DNA of 63,872 nt, counting the filler, from Octopus bimaculoides (Eukaryota): the NCBI RefSeq assembly GCF_001194135.2. It is 6 parts of 6 records of this genome, joined end to end, with 100 filler letters (N's around TTAATTAATTAA, not from the genome) between each part and the next. Parts side by side here need not be neighbours in the genome. Positions count along the whole stretch, not along the records: positions 1 to 20,917 come from NC_068993.1; positions 21,018 to 36,406 come from NC_068982.1; 4 more parts are not named here. One strand, written 5' to 3'. The position numbers and the translations under genes are program-made. Below, one piece after another: positions 12,473-24,811 of this stretch; the stretch's first letter is position 1; every line of letters starts with the position of its first letter. The notes beneath the pieces are model-generated. The model worked only from the letters and a program-made list of their open reading frames with translations, was not told where the DNA came from and ran no database searches.

Positions 12473-13285
12473 CAGTGGTTCTCAACCATTTTTTGCCTAT
12501 GGATCCCTTTGATCCCAATTTTACTCAGATGGACTCTCAGTCATTTGATGTTTAAAATCCCACTATACTTTGTATTCTTTTACTTGTTTCAGTTATTTGA
12601 CCACAGCCATGCTGGAGCACTGCCTTAGGCAAACAAATCAACCACTGGACTTATTTTTAAAGCCTGATATTTATTCTATCAGTCTCTTTTACTGAACTGC
12701 TAAGTTACAGGGATGTAAACACATTAACACCAGTTGTCAGTGAAAGGTGGACAAACACACACACATATATATATAACTAATTTTTTTAAATGGAGGAAAA
12801 AAGACCAAAAAAACAATGCGAGGATGTAGTACATGCAAAGTATTAATGAGACGCTCAAAGAAGGAAAGAAAGAGTGGTTGTTTTATGTTTCAAGCATAGT
12901 TCTTCTTTGGAAACAGGAGACAGGAAAGTCCAAAAGAAAAGGAAGAGGGAGAAAAAAATCACCAACATTCCATGTGTAGTTACATTTTTGAAATGACTGG
13001 AAATAGATGGATAAAGAGAATATGCTTTCTGGGACAGGAGAGTGTAATAACTGGCTTCTCTCAGTTTCCATCTGCCAAATCCACTCACATGGCTTTGGTT
13101 GACCTAAGGCTATAGTAGAAGACACTTGTCCAAGGTGCCATGCAGTGGGACTGAATCATGTGGTTGGGAAGCAAGCTTCTTACCACACAGCCATGCCTGT
13201 GCCTATGTTGTATTGTAGAAGTAAAATTAATTTGTTATTATTTTTAACAACAAAATCTTATATGGATCCCAGTTGAGAACCACTG
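12473..13285. mobile_element. Buster-type hAT MITE carrying a nested SINE
   Basis: Perfect 14-bp TIR CAGTGGTTCTCAAC...GTTGAGAACCACTG. 8-bp TSD gcctacat/gtctacat (nnnTAnnn). A SINE-A copy on the minus strand occupies ~12570-13205. Confidence 0.9.
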
Positions 13286-13339
13286 GTCTACATGATGATT
13301 AGTATATGTCCTATTTCATCAGATAGTTTCACCATTACA

Positions 13340-14040
13340 TTGGTTATCCTTGAGGCCCAACTGCTTTCTTGCATTTGTACCCCTATGCCTATCTCAATTG
13401 CATAGCAGTTACTTGGAATAGTCCTTCCTTCTCCCATTTATTCTCCTCTAAGTAACACTTCCATACCTCCTTCTTATTATTATTGGTGAGACTTAATATT
13501 CATAACCATCTATTTAATCGATTCCTTACCAAGTATGAGGCCTCTCTGACTTGCATGTTCATAGTTGATGATAAAAAGGTTGGCTTGTTTCTTGAAGTTA
13601 GTTTTGCAAATGGTTTGGTCATATGCATCACAAAACTCCAAGAATCTTGAACCATCTTTATTCCAAGTACCATAACCCTAACCTCCATATACACTGGAAT
13701 AACCAGCATAAGGTAGCTCAACATACCCATTAAAGTTCCCAGTCATAACAAACTCAGTCTTTTATCCTAGTTTGCAAGGTCTCATAGAAATGGCCCTTTT
13801 AACAAATCATCTTGATTGTGGTGCATGTAGAGACCCCTGTTCCCGATATCTTACCTCTGACTAGTCTTAATCATTCAGTCACATACTTTAATTACTTTAT
13901 CCATTCATTATGAAACCAATAATAAATTTACTTTACCAACTCCTGCACTGTTACTCACCCAGGAGAATTTTTGCCTATGTTCCTGGTCTGTGAGCTCCTT
14001 GGGACAGGCACCCCCACCATCTTATCTCTTGTACACAGCA
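13340..14040 (-). mobile_element. Degraded RTE LINE, endonuclease region
   Basis: Frame-broken GELNGYV..GYSSVYGG*GYGTWNKDGSRFLEFCDA...ICKTNFKK, typical of RTE APE domains. Boundaries approximate. Confidence 0.6.
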
Positions 14041-15434
14041 CTCATTTACTTCCACTCTAAAAGCCTTACAATCTCTGAAGAGAGGTAGCAACTACCAAGT
14101 TTTGCACCTGATAAGGTAAGGAGAGTTACCTAAAAGAAAATAAGCTTTGAAACTTGACTTCTACTATTTCACAAGAGCTAAATCTTCTTGCCTCCAATTG
14201 TGAAACAAAATTTTAAATTCCCTTAATATAAATCCATTTTGGTAAGAATTACAACAGTAAAAAAGAACCTGTTAAATAGTTTGATTAACATCGTGTTAGA
14301 AAATAAAAGATCTGAATTCCAATGCAGTCTTACTGTTTACAATAATTACAGCCAAATCTAGGGTGTTTTATATGAATATTAAAACCGAGTACAATACTTT
14401 TATTAGACCTGGAAGGATTAAAAGGATGTTGACTTCGGCAAGATCTGAACTCTGAACTAAATACTGTATTTTGTCCAATGCTTTAATGATTCTACCAATT
14501 CATTGCCCAAGGTTTGGGATGGATGGCTACACACACACACACAATCTAGAATCTGGGGAGTCTAGGTTCTGTCCATGTTGGCAAAGGTAAAATCCATTTT
14601 TTATGTACCATGCGCACACACACACACACACACATCGTGTGTGCAGGAAAAAGGGCACATAAAAATGACCAGAAAATACGACTGATTGTAAAACGTAGAA
14701 GTAGAGAGAGAGTGAGAGAGAGAGNNNNNNNNNNNNNNNNNNNNNNNNNNNNNNNNNNNNNNNNNNNNNNNNNNNNNNNNNNNNNNNNNNNNNNNNNNNN
14801 NNNNNNNNNNNNNNNNNNNNNNNNNNNNNNNNNNNNNNNNNNNNNNNNNNNNNNNNNNNNNNNNNNNNNNNNNNNNNNNNNNNNNNNNNNNNNNNNNNNN
14901 NNNNNNNNNNNNNNNNNNNNNNNNNNNNNNNNNNNNNNNNNNNNNNNNNNNNNNNNNNNNNNNNNNNNNNNNNNNNNNNNNNNNNNNNNNNNNNNNNNNN
15001 NNNNNNNNNNNNNNNNNNNNNNNNNNNNNNNNNNNNNNNNNNNNNNNNNNNNNNNNNNNNNNNNNNNNNNNNNNNNNNNNNNNNNNNNNNNNNNNNNNNN
15101 NNNNNNNNTACGTCACTCACAGACATTCTTTCTATAACACCAACAGTTTTTTTATACACACTCTTTCACATACGAGAGGAGTACAAAAGTTATTCGCTGA
15201 GACGAAGAACGATTTTGCAAGTACATCTATCTTTATATATATATATATATATATATTATTATTAAAAAATGGCAAAAAATCATATATTAATTAATATCGA
15301 TTAATTACCAGGAAGCTAGCACATTTAAAGAATCAAAGAGATACAGAAACAGTATCTGCAATCTCAGGGGATTAAAGTACATTTTTATATATGACGTTGA
15401 CCACTAACGTGGACATTTAATGTGCTAGAAATAG

Positions 15435-15466
<32 letters not shown>

Positions 15467-15831
15467 TTAACTAAAATATAAACGATCAGATAGAAAGAAT
15501 ACATGACTCATATCAGGATCGGAGAAGCACTGGAATACAAATCAAACTTTAAAAAACTTTTCTTCCAGTTATAATATATATATTAGTTATAACAAAATAA
15601 CAATAATTAGAATACCTTGAATAATAAATAAATAAATAAATAAAGCGATTTTAGAATCTATTTTTCTTTTCATTCTTTTCTGACAATACAGCAAGCATGA
15701 CATAAAAATACATTTAAAATAGCAAATGTCGATAGCAACTGACTTTTAGGATTCGTTCATTTAACAAACATATTTTGGCTAGATAGGTGGAACCCACACA
15801 ACGAAGAGCTGCTCGTTAATTACATTTTAAG

Positions 15832-17049
15832 TTAGAAATAATTCAGTTTTACATATTCCTTTAGGTTTGCAGGTAATGGAAGAGAATCGATAGAATGCAA
15901 GGATTTAGTTTGGCGAAGTCGGGTTCTGATGATTTGGCGACAAAGATGTCCCAATTTTTTAGGTTTGTTTTTGGTAAATCTCACAAATGACCAGTAATCA
16001 AATACTTCGTCGATTAAATTTTGAACAATGGGACAATTAGCAAACAGATTTTTGTAGTAAACTCGACTAGTTTTTTCAAGTTTTGCCCCCCACAGCACCA
16101 ATAAACGAACCACACTCTTATAGAGGTTAAGGAATTCTTCTGATGTTTGAAGAATGCTTTGGTATAGATTCATGTAGTCCTCTGTTTTCTCTAGGTCTAA
16201 CGATGCGGGTTCCACTTTATGAACATACCTCATTTCATACATGGACAGGATACTGAGAGCGATACATAAAGGAAGCATAGATTGTTGTCGTCTTGAAGTA
16301 TCGAAGTTATTTTCGAAATATAAGGAATTAGGTTCGGCTCCCATCGATAGCAACATCTCCATAATTCCAACAAATTTACATTGGTGTCCGAACAATCGAA
16401 GTTGGTCGGGATTCTGTTCCAAACAAATGACACCATTGTCAGTCCGTAAGTACTTGACGTTGTTTCGAATCATCTTGAGACTGTGGTTTAAGGCAGTTTC
16501 TCCATTCTGGTCACAAAGATTTATAAACTTTGCGGGATAACGCCGAAGCAATCTGTCAACACAGTCTAAATCACCTCTCATGACAGATGTATGCAGAGGA
16601 ATGAAGCCACTTCCAATACTTCTCTCGCACTGGTGTTTAGCGGGGGAATGTTCAATAATAATTTCCAGGGTTTCAACATCACCGAGTTCGGCGACAAGCT
16701 GGAGCGGGGAATCACCTTTAATGTCCACAATAGATAACTGCAAGTCTTTCTTTATCATAAAATTTATAAGATCACGACCTTCTCGAAGATTTATAGCTCC
16801 AGATTTCATCGAATCCAAAACGGTGTGAATAAGGCGCCCTTTCGATGTTGGAAGATTAGGGCTGCATCCATTTTCTAAGAAAATCTTAACGAGTTCTGTG
16901 TTGCCATTTTTGCAAGCCACTTCCACTGGAGCAAGTGTATTTCCAGGATTCAATGGAGTCACACTAATATCTGTTATGAAATCATTACAAAGTCTTCGCA
17001 AATCATCCGCGTCGCCATCCTGTACGGCACGTAGCAGCTGACCATACAT
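15832..17049 (-). CDS. Ankyrin-repeat and SOCS-box protein (ASB type), 405 aa, single-exon CDS
   Basis: Intact ORF. Ankyrin motifs (APVEVACKNGNTELVKIFLENG; GDSPLQLVAELGDVETLEIIIE; GFIPLHTSVMRGDLDCVDRLL; NGETALNHS). C-terminal SOCS box with BC box PKKLGHLCRQIIR and Cul5-type LPLP..LKEYV. Start context AAAATGT; in-frame TAA 33 codons upstream with no intervening ATG. Confidence 0.93.
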   Translation of the reverse strand: MYGQLLRAVQDGDADDLRRLCNDFITDISVTPLNPGNTLAPVEVACKNGNTELVKIFLENGCSPNLPTSKGRLIHTVLDSMKSGAINLREGRDLINFMIKKDLQLSIVDIKGDSPLQLVAELGDVETLEIIIEHSPAKHQCERSIGSGFIPLHTSVMRGDLDCVDRLLRRYPAKFINLCDQNGETALNHSLKMIRNNVKYLRTDNGVICLEQNPDQLRLFGHQCKFVGIMEMLLSMGAEPNSLYFENNFDTSRRQQSMLPLCIALSILSMYEMRYVHKVEPASLDLEKTEDYMNLYQSILQTSEEFLNLYKSVVRLLVLWGAKLEKTSRVYYKNLFANCPIVQNLIDEVFDYWSFVRFTKNKPKKLGHLCRQIIRTRLRQTKSLHSIDSLPLPANLKEYVKLNYF

Positions 17050-19704
17050 TTTCGTTCTAGAGAACCGTTGTTGCCTCCTCCCTGCTCTAGGAATCTGTCT
17101 GCAGACTGGTACTATGGCTTGGTACTCGGTTAATTTACTTGCTGCTTACTAACAACCATAATATAAACATTAAGTGGCTGTCAGCCGCTGCTATAATAAA
17201 ACTTCTCCACCACTACTTCTCGTTATCCGCTAACCGACAGCAAAATCAGAAAATAAACAATATGAATGGCATCAAAAGCGAACAGTTTGCCTCCAAAGTC
17301 ATCGGAAAAGTATGTGCAAGTGGAAGAATTAGGTTCTGAATAAACTTTTCTACTGAACATTTTTTTTCTTTTTCTTTTTCTTGAGTTGTTCACTTCTGAA
17401 ATCTTCATGTGTCTTCACAGAATCACAGACATTCCCTTCCTTCAACCTTCACTCATTTCATGATTTCTAATCATACTTTCGTATTTTTGTCACGGAGCCA
17501 TAAATACATTTTAACAACTTCCTTCAACAAATTTCTGCCAAGGTGTGAAACTAATTTAAAAAATAACTAAATTATCTAAAATTTATTTTATTCTATTAAA
17601 AAAAAAACAAGCATAAATAATGATAATAATTTAAAGCGCATTGCTTCATGTCGGAAGAAATTTATAAACAAAACAATTATATTTCTTTTTCTTTACATTT
17701 ACGACTTGGGAATCGAAACGAAAGATTTTCTTTTAATGATGGGCAGGAAAGGAATGGAGACATAATATTTATGCCTTCCCCATAAATATTAAAGAAAACA
17801 GGTGATATGTTAATCGGTTCCATTTAGATATCGAAACCTAGTCATGGATTTTTCAGTTGGACCAATGATATTTAATTCCTATGCGATATTCCACTACATC
17901 TAGACGAAAATACACACACATCTCATTCACATATTAAATAATCACAATTAATTAGAATCCAATAAGTAATTTTAAAAATTATTCTGTTTTAAGCCATTTT
18001 TACTAAAACTTGGCACCAACATAAGAAACAAAATTGTTGCAGACCAAAATTATGTCGATGTTCTTTGAAACGGAAGTGAATGTTTGAGTAAACGCAAAGC
18101 TTCGAGGTTTGGCAACAAGCATCGACAAACATTGGCAGTGAACAACAATAACAAATAAAATTAAAAAATAAATCACGCAGAAATCGATTCACATAATCGA
18201 TGATAATGAAACAAGAGTTATCTTATTTTGCTATCATGATGATATTGAACATATATATCAAATAAATCAGTTGTTGGTGAAGGTTTCCTCATTTTTGACT
18301 CTGGCAAAATTTTATGGCTCCAGTTTACAAGAGAAATAATAAAAGGAAAAAGAAAGTAAAAACGAACAACACTGTCGCCATTATCCATTCATTACATTTA
18401 ATACACACCAAATACTTTAGAGGGTGGGGAATGTCTCAAGGATTAACCAGGTGAATATCAGTCTAGACTGTTTGTGGAAAAATGTACCTCGGCTGTTGTT
18501 GATGTTGTTACTGTGTTGTCTAGTTTCCTACCACACCCTTAGGTCAGCTCTGATTATGCTGGATTATTTCGTCAAAATTCCTCCCAGTTGTAACTATCTG
18601 TCTTTTAAATTTTTTTCAGACATATACTAATTAAAATCTTATTAAGCAATGTCCCACCCCAACCGTTTTATTTAAAGACAGTAAGGTGTAGTTTGAGGGG
18701 GGATTTTAACTGCTATTTCTAGCATATCAGGTGACTCTATACAAGATCTTCCGTGGGTGGTAGACGAGAATTTAACAGGATTCTTTACCGTAGATTATAG
18801 GGAATTATGAGAATCGTTGTTGTTCGAGTTTGGCTTTCATCAAGCAAATCTTTGATAGAAGACACTCCAACTGTGGCTACCTTGTCTTCTTGTTCCTTTT
18901 GGAGTATTGTATACCTTGGAATATCTTCTCTAGTGTATCTTTTTTTTTTTAGACAATAAGGTGTAATTTGCTCCTTGTGGAGCATTGCTCATTGGCTCAT
19001 ATACATATATCCCTCAGAGCATTATATTTAAAGAAATAACACCATCTTTGTTAGGAACAAGGTCCTTGCTTCTTTGGACTCTCAGCTCCAGATGGAGTTA
19101 GGGACACTGTCATAACGTAGGGAAGCATATTTCCTAATGACCTACAGAAAAGAATCTTGCTAAAGTATTTTTTACCTCCCACCCACATTTGTACCATCTC
19201 TCCCTGTCTGCAATATAGGAATTACTTAACTTTTTATTTGTAGGGCCATGAGGAATCCTTTATATTAGTGGACCCCAACTAGTTTTGCACCACAGAACAG
19301 CTTCCTGCAAGACAATGTTCTATCGATACTGGGATCACGTATGTAACAAAACCCAATGCATATGTCATCGTCATCATTTAACGTCTGTTTACCTTGCTGG
19401 CATGGGTTGGACTAAAAGTTGCTAGCAGGCAGCTACAGAGAGTATATATAATAAATATTTTTACATATATATATATTCAAATTTTGGCTCAAGGCCAGTT
19501 ATTTTGAGGAGGGGCTAAACTGATTACATCAACTCCAGTGTACAACTGGTACATATTTTATCAACCCCAAGTGGATGAAAGGCAAAATCAACCTCAGCAA
19601 AATTTGAACTCAGAGCATAAAGACAGACAAAATGCTGCTAAATGATTTGCCTGGCATGCTAATGATTCTAACAGCAGCTTACTGCCTTAATATATATACA
19701 TATA

Positions 19705-19916
19705 CAGGGTGGCCATAAAGTCACGCACCATCCTGCAAAATGTGAAATTGCTAACATACCTTTTTTTTTATCTCTTTTAACAACTGCCGATATTACTCAC
19801 AAACCAATCCTTATTGGATGGAGGCAGATATTGAATGTTTGTAATGGATTACCTACTTCATTGCTAATAAAGCATACTTGATATCTCCCATGGTGTGTGA
19901 CTTTGTGGCCACCCTG
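19705..19916. mobile_element. Tc1/mariner MITE (212 bp)
   Basis: TA on both sides; 26-bp TIR cagggtggccataaagtcacgcacca / tggtgtgtgactttgtggccaccctg. Confidence 0.9.
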
Positions 19917-20494
19917 TATATTACGTACTAATTACATATATAACATGTATAATACAACAACACCCTACAGATGGCAAATGTCAATAAAATAAAAATAAAT
20001 TTAAAGCTTTATTTTTTTCTGTGTTGCCCAGTACAAATAATCCTTGGCTCAATGCTGGTCTATGGTCCAGTCATTGGGGACGTCTGCTTTATGTGACCAC
20101 TCAATCTATTAGAAATAGTGGTCAAATCTACCCTCAAATCATTCCTCAAATGATTTTAGGGTAGATTTGACCCTCAATGATTAAAAAAAAGTACTTAAAT
20201 AATTTAGATATATATCTGGGGGAGGGGGGGAGCAAAGAAAAAATATAAGATGAATTGGCAGCAGTAAGGAATGTCGTTGACCATTGATCTGCTTGTTTGA
20301 TTCCATTGTTATGTGTAATGTGGATTATAAGTCCTTTAACTCTATAGCAGCATCAGTGGAGAAGAAAGGTATGAGATGTGAAAAGGTAGTGTCAAAAACA
20401 ATTTACTGTATTTCATGGCATAAAAGACAAGCATCTAAGATGCATCCTAATTTCAGCAGCACATATTCAGAAACAAGTTTTTAATGCATTAAAA

Positions 20495-20816
20495 CAGTGA
20501 TTCCCAATGCAGGGCATACACCCCACTGGTGGGGCCTGGGAAAATTATAGTGGGTGTGGTGCCATAGTTACCAGTCACAAGGTTCTCATTAAAGTGATCA
20601 ACTTTTTTAACCTTAGTCAATAATGTACTTTTTTTTTTTTGTACTCAGCACTTAATAAAAGAGTTACTGGCAGATTTTTTTTTGGGGGGGGGGATTAAGT
20701 AATTGTGATAAAATATTGAAAATAGAGTTGTTGTTTTTTTCTAACCATTGGTGGGGGCATACATTTTTCTGGAAAGTTATAGTGGGACCTGGGGGAAGAT
20801 AGGTTGGGAAAAACTA
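20495..20816. mobile_element. Old Buster-type hAT MITE
   Basis: cagtgattcccaa ... ttgggaaaaacta; degenerate TSD cattaaaa/caataaag with central TA. Confidence 0.6.
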
Positions 20817-21017
20817 CAATAAAGTATGTAATATAGGCCCAACTTCACATGTAAGACCTGGGGGTACTTTTGAAACAGGTTTTTATAAAAAGTGTTTCTG
20901 CTATGCCATCAAATATGNNNNNNNNNNNNNNNNNNNNNNNNNNNNNNNNNNNNNNNNNNNNTTAATTAATTAANNNNNNNNNNNNNNNNNNNNNNNNNNN
21001 NNNNNNNNNNNNNNNNN

Positions 21018-21444
21018 AGCTTCCTTAAATACTGAAAACAGTTTTTTGTTTTGCTCGTGTTTTGTGGCTATTTGTATTAGTCTTCCTTGCTTCTGAAGTA
21101 GGTATTTTTGCAGTCTTAGGCTGGTTATTTTATAATAGTTTTCCAGCTGTATAAGACCCCTACCACCTTCTGTACGTTGTATATATAGCCTTTCTATGTC
21201 AGAGTTTGGGTGGTGCATCCTAGACTCTGTCATTATTTTTCTTGTTTCCCTGTCTATTTTAGATAGTTCGTTTAGTGTTCAGTTAAGGATATTGTAGTTG
21301 TAACTTATAACTGGGACGGCTAAAGTGTTAATAACTATTATCTTGTTTTTAGCATTGAGCTCTGTTTTTAGTATTGATCTAACTAGTCTATAGTATTCTT
21401 TCTTTATTTTCTCTTTCATTTGTGTGTGGTGTATCCTATCTAGT

Positions 21445-21446
<2 letters not shown>
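21018..21446 (-). mobile_element. R4/Dong-type (RLE) LINE fragment, 5'-truncated at an (AAT)n array
   Basis: KKEYYRLVRSILKTELNAKNKIIVINTLAVPVISY and HHPNSDIERLYIQRTEGGRGL. (ATT)n at 21447-21503 abuts the 5' end; the 3' side runs into a gap. Confidence 0.85.
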
Positions 21447-21504
<58 letters not shown>

Positions 21505-21646
21505 GTTTGTATTATGAATTCAGAATTGATTTCCCAATCAAACAATAGATTGTGTCCCAATTGAAGAATAAATTGCATTTAAAATAACAAATTTCTATAC
21601 ACCATATTTTGATTTTGTCTTCTAATACAAAAGGAAAAATTTAATG

Positions 21647-21674
21647 CCTGGGCAACGCCGGGTGCCTCTACTAG
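21647..21674 (+). mobile_element. Helitron 3' terminus
   Basis: Hairpin cctgggcaacgccggg followed 8 nt later by CTAG|T. Same terminus as 58027-58054. 5' end not identified. Confidence 0.7.
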
Positions 21675-22662
21675 TTATGCATGAGAAATGTTTCTCTTCA
21701 TAAAGTGTTTAATAAATCTCAAGTTATGCCATGCTGATGATTTTTTAAAAAAGGATGAGATTGTACTATACCCGATTACCACAGACAAGAAACACTTAAG
21801 ACATCTGAATTTAAGGAAGTAATAAAAAATTAAACACGTGTATACTATGCGTTGTTTTCTTTTATTCTTTAACTCCGAATTCAAAATTTACATTCCACGA
21901 AATAATACGAAGAAAGGATAATAAGCCTTGTATTTACTGTCCGCTAGGGAACACCACGTGTTTGAAAAGTTTGAAGTTATTTCCAACTGATTTATTTACG
22001 TCTTCATATATATCAAAAGAATGAAATTTATGATTTACTGGCTGATATATAAGGCAATGTAAACCGTTTATTTGTTCACATTAGGAAAAGAATGAACAGA
22101 GGCCGATTGGTTCTTAACGAGAAAATGCCAGTTGTAAATGCCTCGAAACCTCGGTTCATTTTGTGGTAACACTTCTCCGTTCTGTTGTAATCATTTATAT
22201 TTCTACGGAAATGTATCCCGTTTAATCTGAATCGTTTGTCTGGAATCAAATGAAGAAGCGGAAGCTACAAATCTAATGAGATATATATTTAATAATTCAT
22301 GTCTACTATATATAATTAATATATGGTCATCTGTTACTAAAATTCGTATTCTGTCCGTATATTTATTGGTGTAATACAACTGTGTATCTAAAAACACAAA
22401 GTCGTTTTGTGCACTCGATATAAATTCAGTGCTTCTCATGGTTTCTTATCTTAGCTGAGTGGAAGTGTTATCTTGGTATAAAAGATGGGCTACTGTAAAT
22501 GTTCTGCTCAACACTACAAGCTTGCTTGTCAGTTGTTTGACTTTAACCAATTGAGCATGTCCTTAAGTGGCTGATGATATGTGAATCTCCGATCACGAGC
22601 AGCAGTAGCTGGGAAGCATCATAGCCATGTGTTGAGATGAATTCTTTGGAGCTTGGATTTTT

Positions 22663-22993
22663 AGTGATACTCCGTCGCTTACGACGTCGAGGGTTCCAGT
22701 TGATCCGATCAACGGAACAGCCTGCTCGTGAAATTAACGTGCAAGTGGCTGAGCACTCCACAGACACGTGTACCCTTAACGTAGTTCTCGGGGATATTCA
22801 GCGTGACACAGTGTGACAAGGCCGACCCTTTGAACTACAAGCACAACAGAAACAGAAAGTAAGAGTGAGAGAAAGTTGTGGTGAAAGAGTACAGCAAGGT
22901 TCACCACTATACCCTGCCGGATCCTCTGGGAATTGAAACCACGATCCTATGACCGTGAGTCCACTGCCCTAACCACTGGGCCATTGCACCTCC
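22663..22993 (-). mobile_element. tRNA-derived SINE, family C (internally deleted copy)
   Basis: Head GGAGGTGCAATGGCCCAGTGGTTAGGGCAG with A and B boxes. A second, less-deleted copy at 47831-48160. Confidence 0.85.
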
Positions 22994-23009
22994 ACTGGAG
23001 CTTGGATAA

Positions 23010-24811
23010 CACTGGGCAAAAGAAAAGAAATTTTTGTCATACTATTTAAACTTTTTCAGCTGATTTAAGTAATATGAGGATGCGGAATCCGAATCTGACA
23101 TCAGTTTTCAGACAGCACATGTAGATTTTTAGTTATTCACAACATCAGATTTTCCAACCCATTGATAATACTGACAAAGTAGTAGGCTATTTGCTTTCAC
23201 AGTTTTCTCTAAGAAGAACAAATTCAAGATTGTTTATCCAGATTACCCTCCAGCTTTAAAACCAGTTCCTCATGCTGCTGAAAATATTCCACTTCAATTG
23301 AAGGTGTGCCGAGTGGTACAGCAGATCAATGTGATGAACCAGGATCTTCAAATAAAGTTCCTCGTTTTTTAAGTCAACTTGAGTTAAATCATTCAGTTAG
23401 AGACTTGGGTTTAACAAAAGAAAAGTCAGAACTACTGGGCTCCAGTTGAAACAATGGAATCTTTTACACGATGGTGTAAAATGCTCGTATTTTCGAAAAC
23501 GGCATACAGAATTGCATGAATTTTTTTACGGAGAAAGACGGTGTTTGTTTTTGTTGTGATGCTGAAGGACTCCTACGTGAGATGGGGTAAAGTTATAATC
23601 CTGAATAATTGAGATTCTTCATAGATTCCAGCAAAGCAAGCCTAAAAGCTGTCTTGCTGCAAAATGATAATGAAAATCTTTCAATACCACTAGCACATGC
23701 TGTAGGATTAAAGGAAACTTATCAATCAATGGATAAAATTTTGCACTTGATTAAATATTCTGAGAACAAGTGGAATATATGCAAGGACTTGAAAGTTATT
23801 GGTTTGCTTCTCGGATTGCAAATGCGGCATACAAAGCATCAGTGCTTTTTGTGCCTTTCGAACAGCAGAGGTGACAAGCATCACTATGATCAAAAGTGTC
23901 CAAAGATAAGTAATTTCACTCCAAGGAGACACAACGTTAAATATATCCCTTTAGATGACCCTTACACATTAAACTTGGCTTCCTTAAGAATTTTCTTAAG
24001 GCCATGAATGAAGACGGTGAAGGATTCAAATATCTCAGTGAAAAATTTGTTTCTAGCAAGGGTGAAGCTAAGATCAAAGCTGGTGTTTTTAATGGACCAG
24101 AAATTCGCACACTAATTTGTGATGAGTTTCTTCAAGAAAAATTAAGCCCACTAGAGAAAGCTGCTTTGGAAAAAGTTTGTTTCACTTGTAAAAAAAGTTT
24201 TTGGAGCTGAAAAATCATCAAAGTACGTTGCAACTGTGAAAGATTTTTTGAAAGCTTATAAGCAACTTGGGGCAAGAATGTCTCTAAAAATTTATTTTCT
24301 CCACTCTCATCTTGATTTTTTCCACTCAATATGGGTGATGTTAGAGACGAGCATGGTGAACGGTTTCATCAAGTAATCAAAGAGCTAGAAAGCCACTACA
24401 ATGGCAGACTTACACCAATCGTGTCGACGGACTACTGTTGGTTTTTAAAACGAGACACGGACATGCAACATAAGCATAAAAAAGACGCCAAAGCTATTTC
24501 TGAAAAAAAAAACATAAAATTATTATTATTCACTTAACACTTTTTGTTTTGTATTTTATTGGTTTTAGACATACTTGTCTACCTAGTTGCTATTGTTCTT
24601 ATAACAAATAACGGTAATTTACACTTAAAATAACATTCATTTTAGTTTATATGAATTTTCACATTATTGTAATTATGACAGCAGTATAATAATGATAACG
24701 TAAAAACGTGACGTGCCAGAGCAAAAATGAATGCAGATTCAGAATCAGCGGTCCCAAATTACCTATGGATTCTATTTCGTCTAATAGAAGTAAAACTTTT
24801 TTTGCCTAGTG
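23010..24811 (+). mobile_element. Chapaev3-type (CMC) DNA transposon, TIR to TIR, transposase pseudogenised
   Basis: Ends CACTGGGCAAAA...TTTTGCCTAGTG with a 3-bp TSD TAA (23007-9 and 24812-14). Transposase remnants FIDSSKASLKAVLL, ICKDLKVIGLLLG..TKHQCFLC, (PLH)IKLG..KNFLKAM, FLHSHLDFF, DEHGERFHQ..ELESHY across three frames. Confidence 0.85.

Noticed and set aside
14527-15159. ORFs spanning N runs (also 47166-48047, 54839-55351)
   Set aside because: Open only because N codons are not stops.
20918-21017. TTAATTAATTAA centred in N runs (also 36451, 41375, 57732, 61980)
   Set aside because: Identical 44N+12+44N = 100-bp blocks with stops in all six frames: an assembly gap spacer, not biology.
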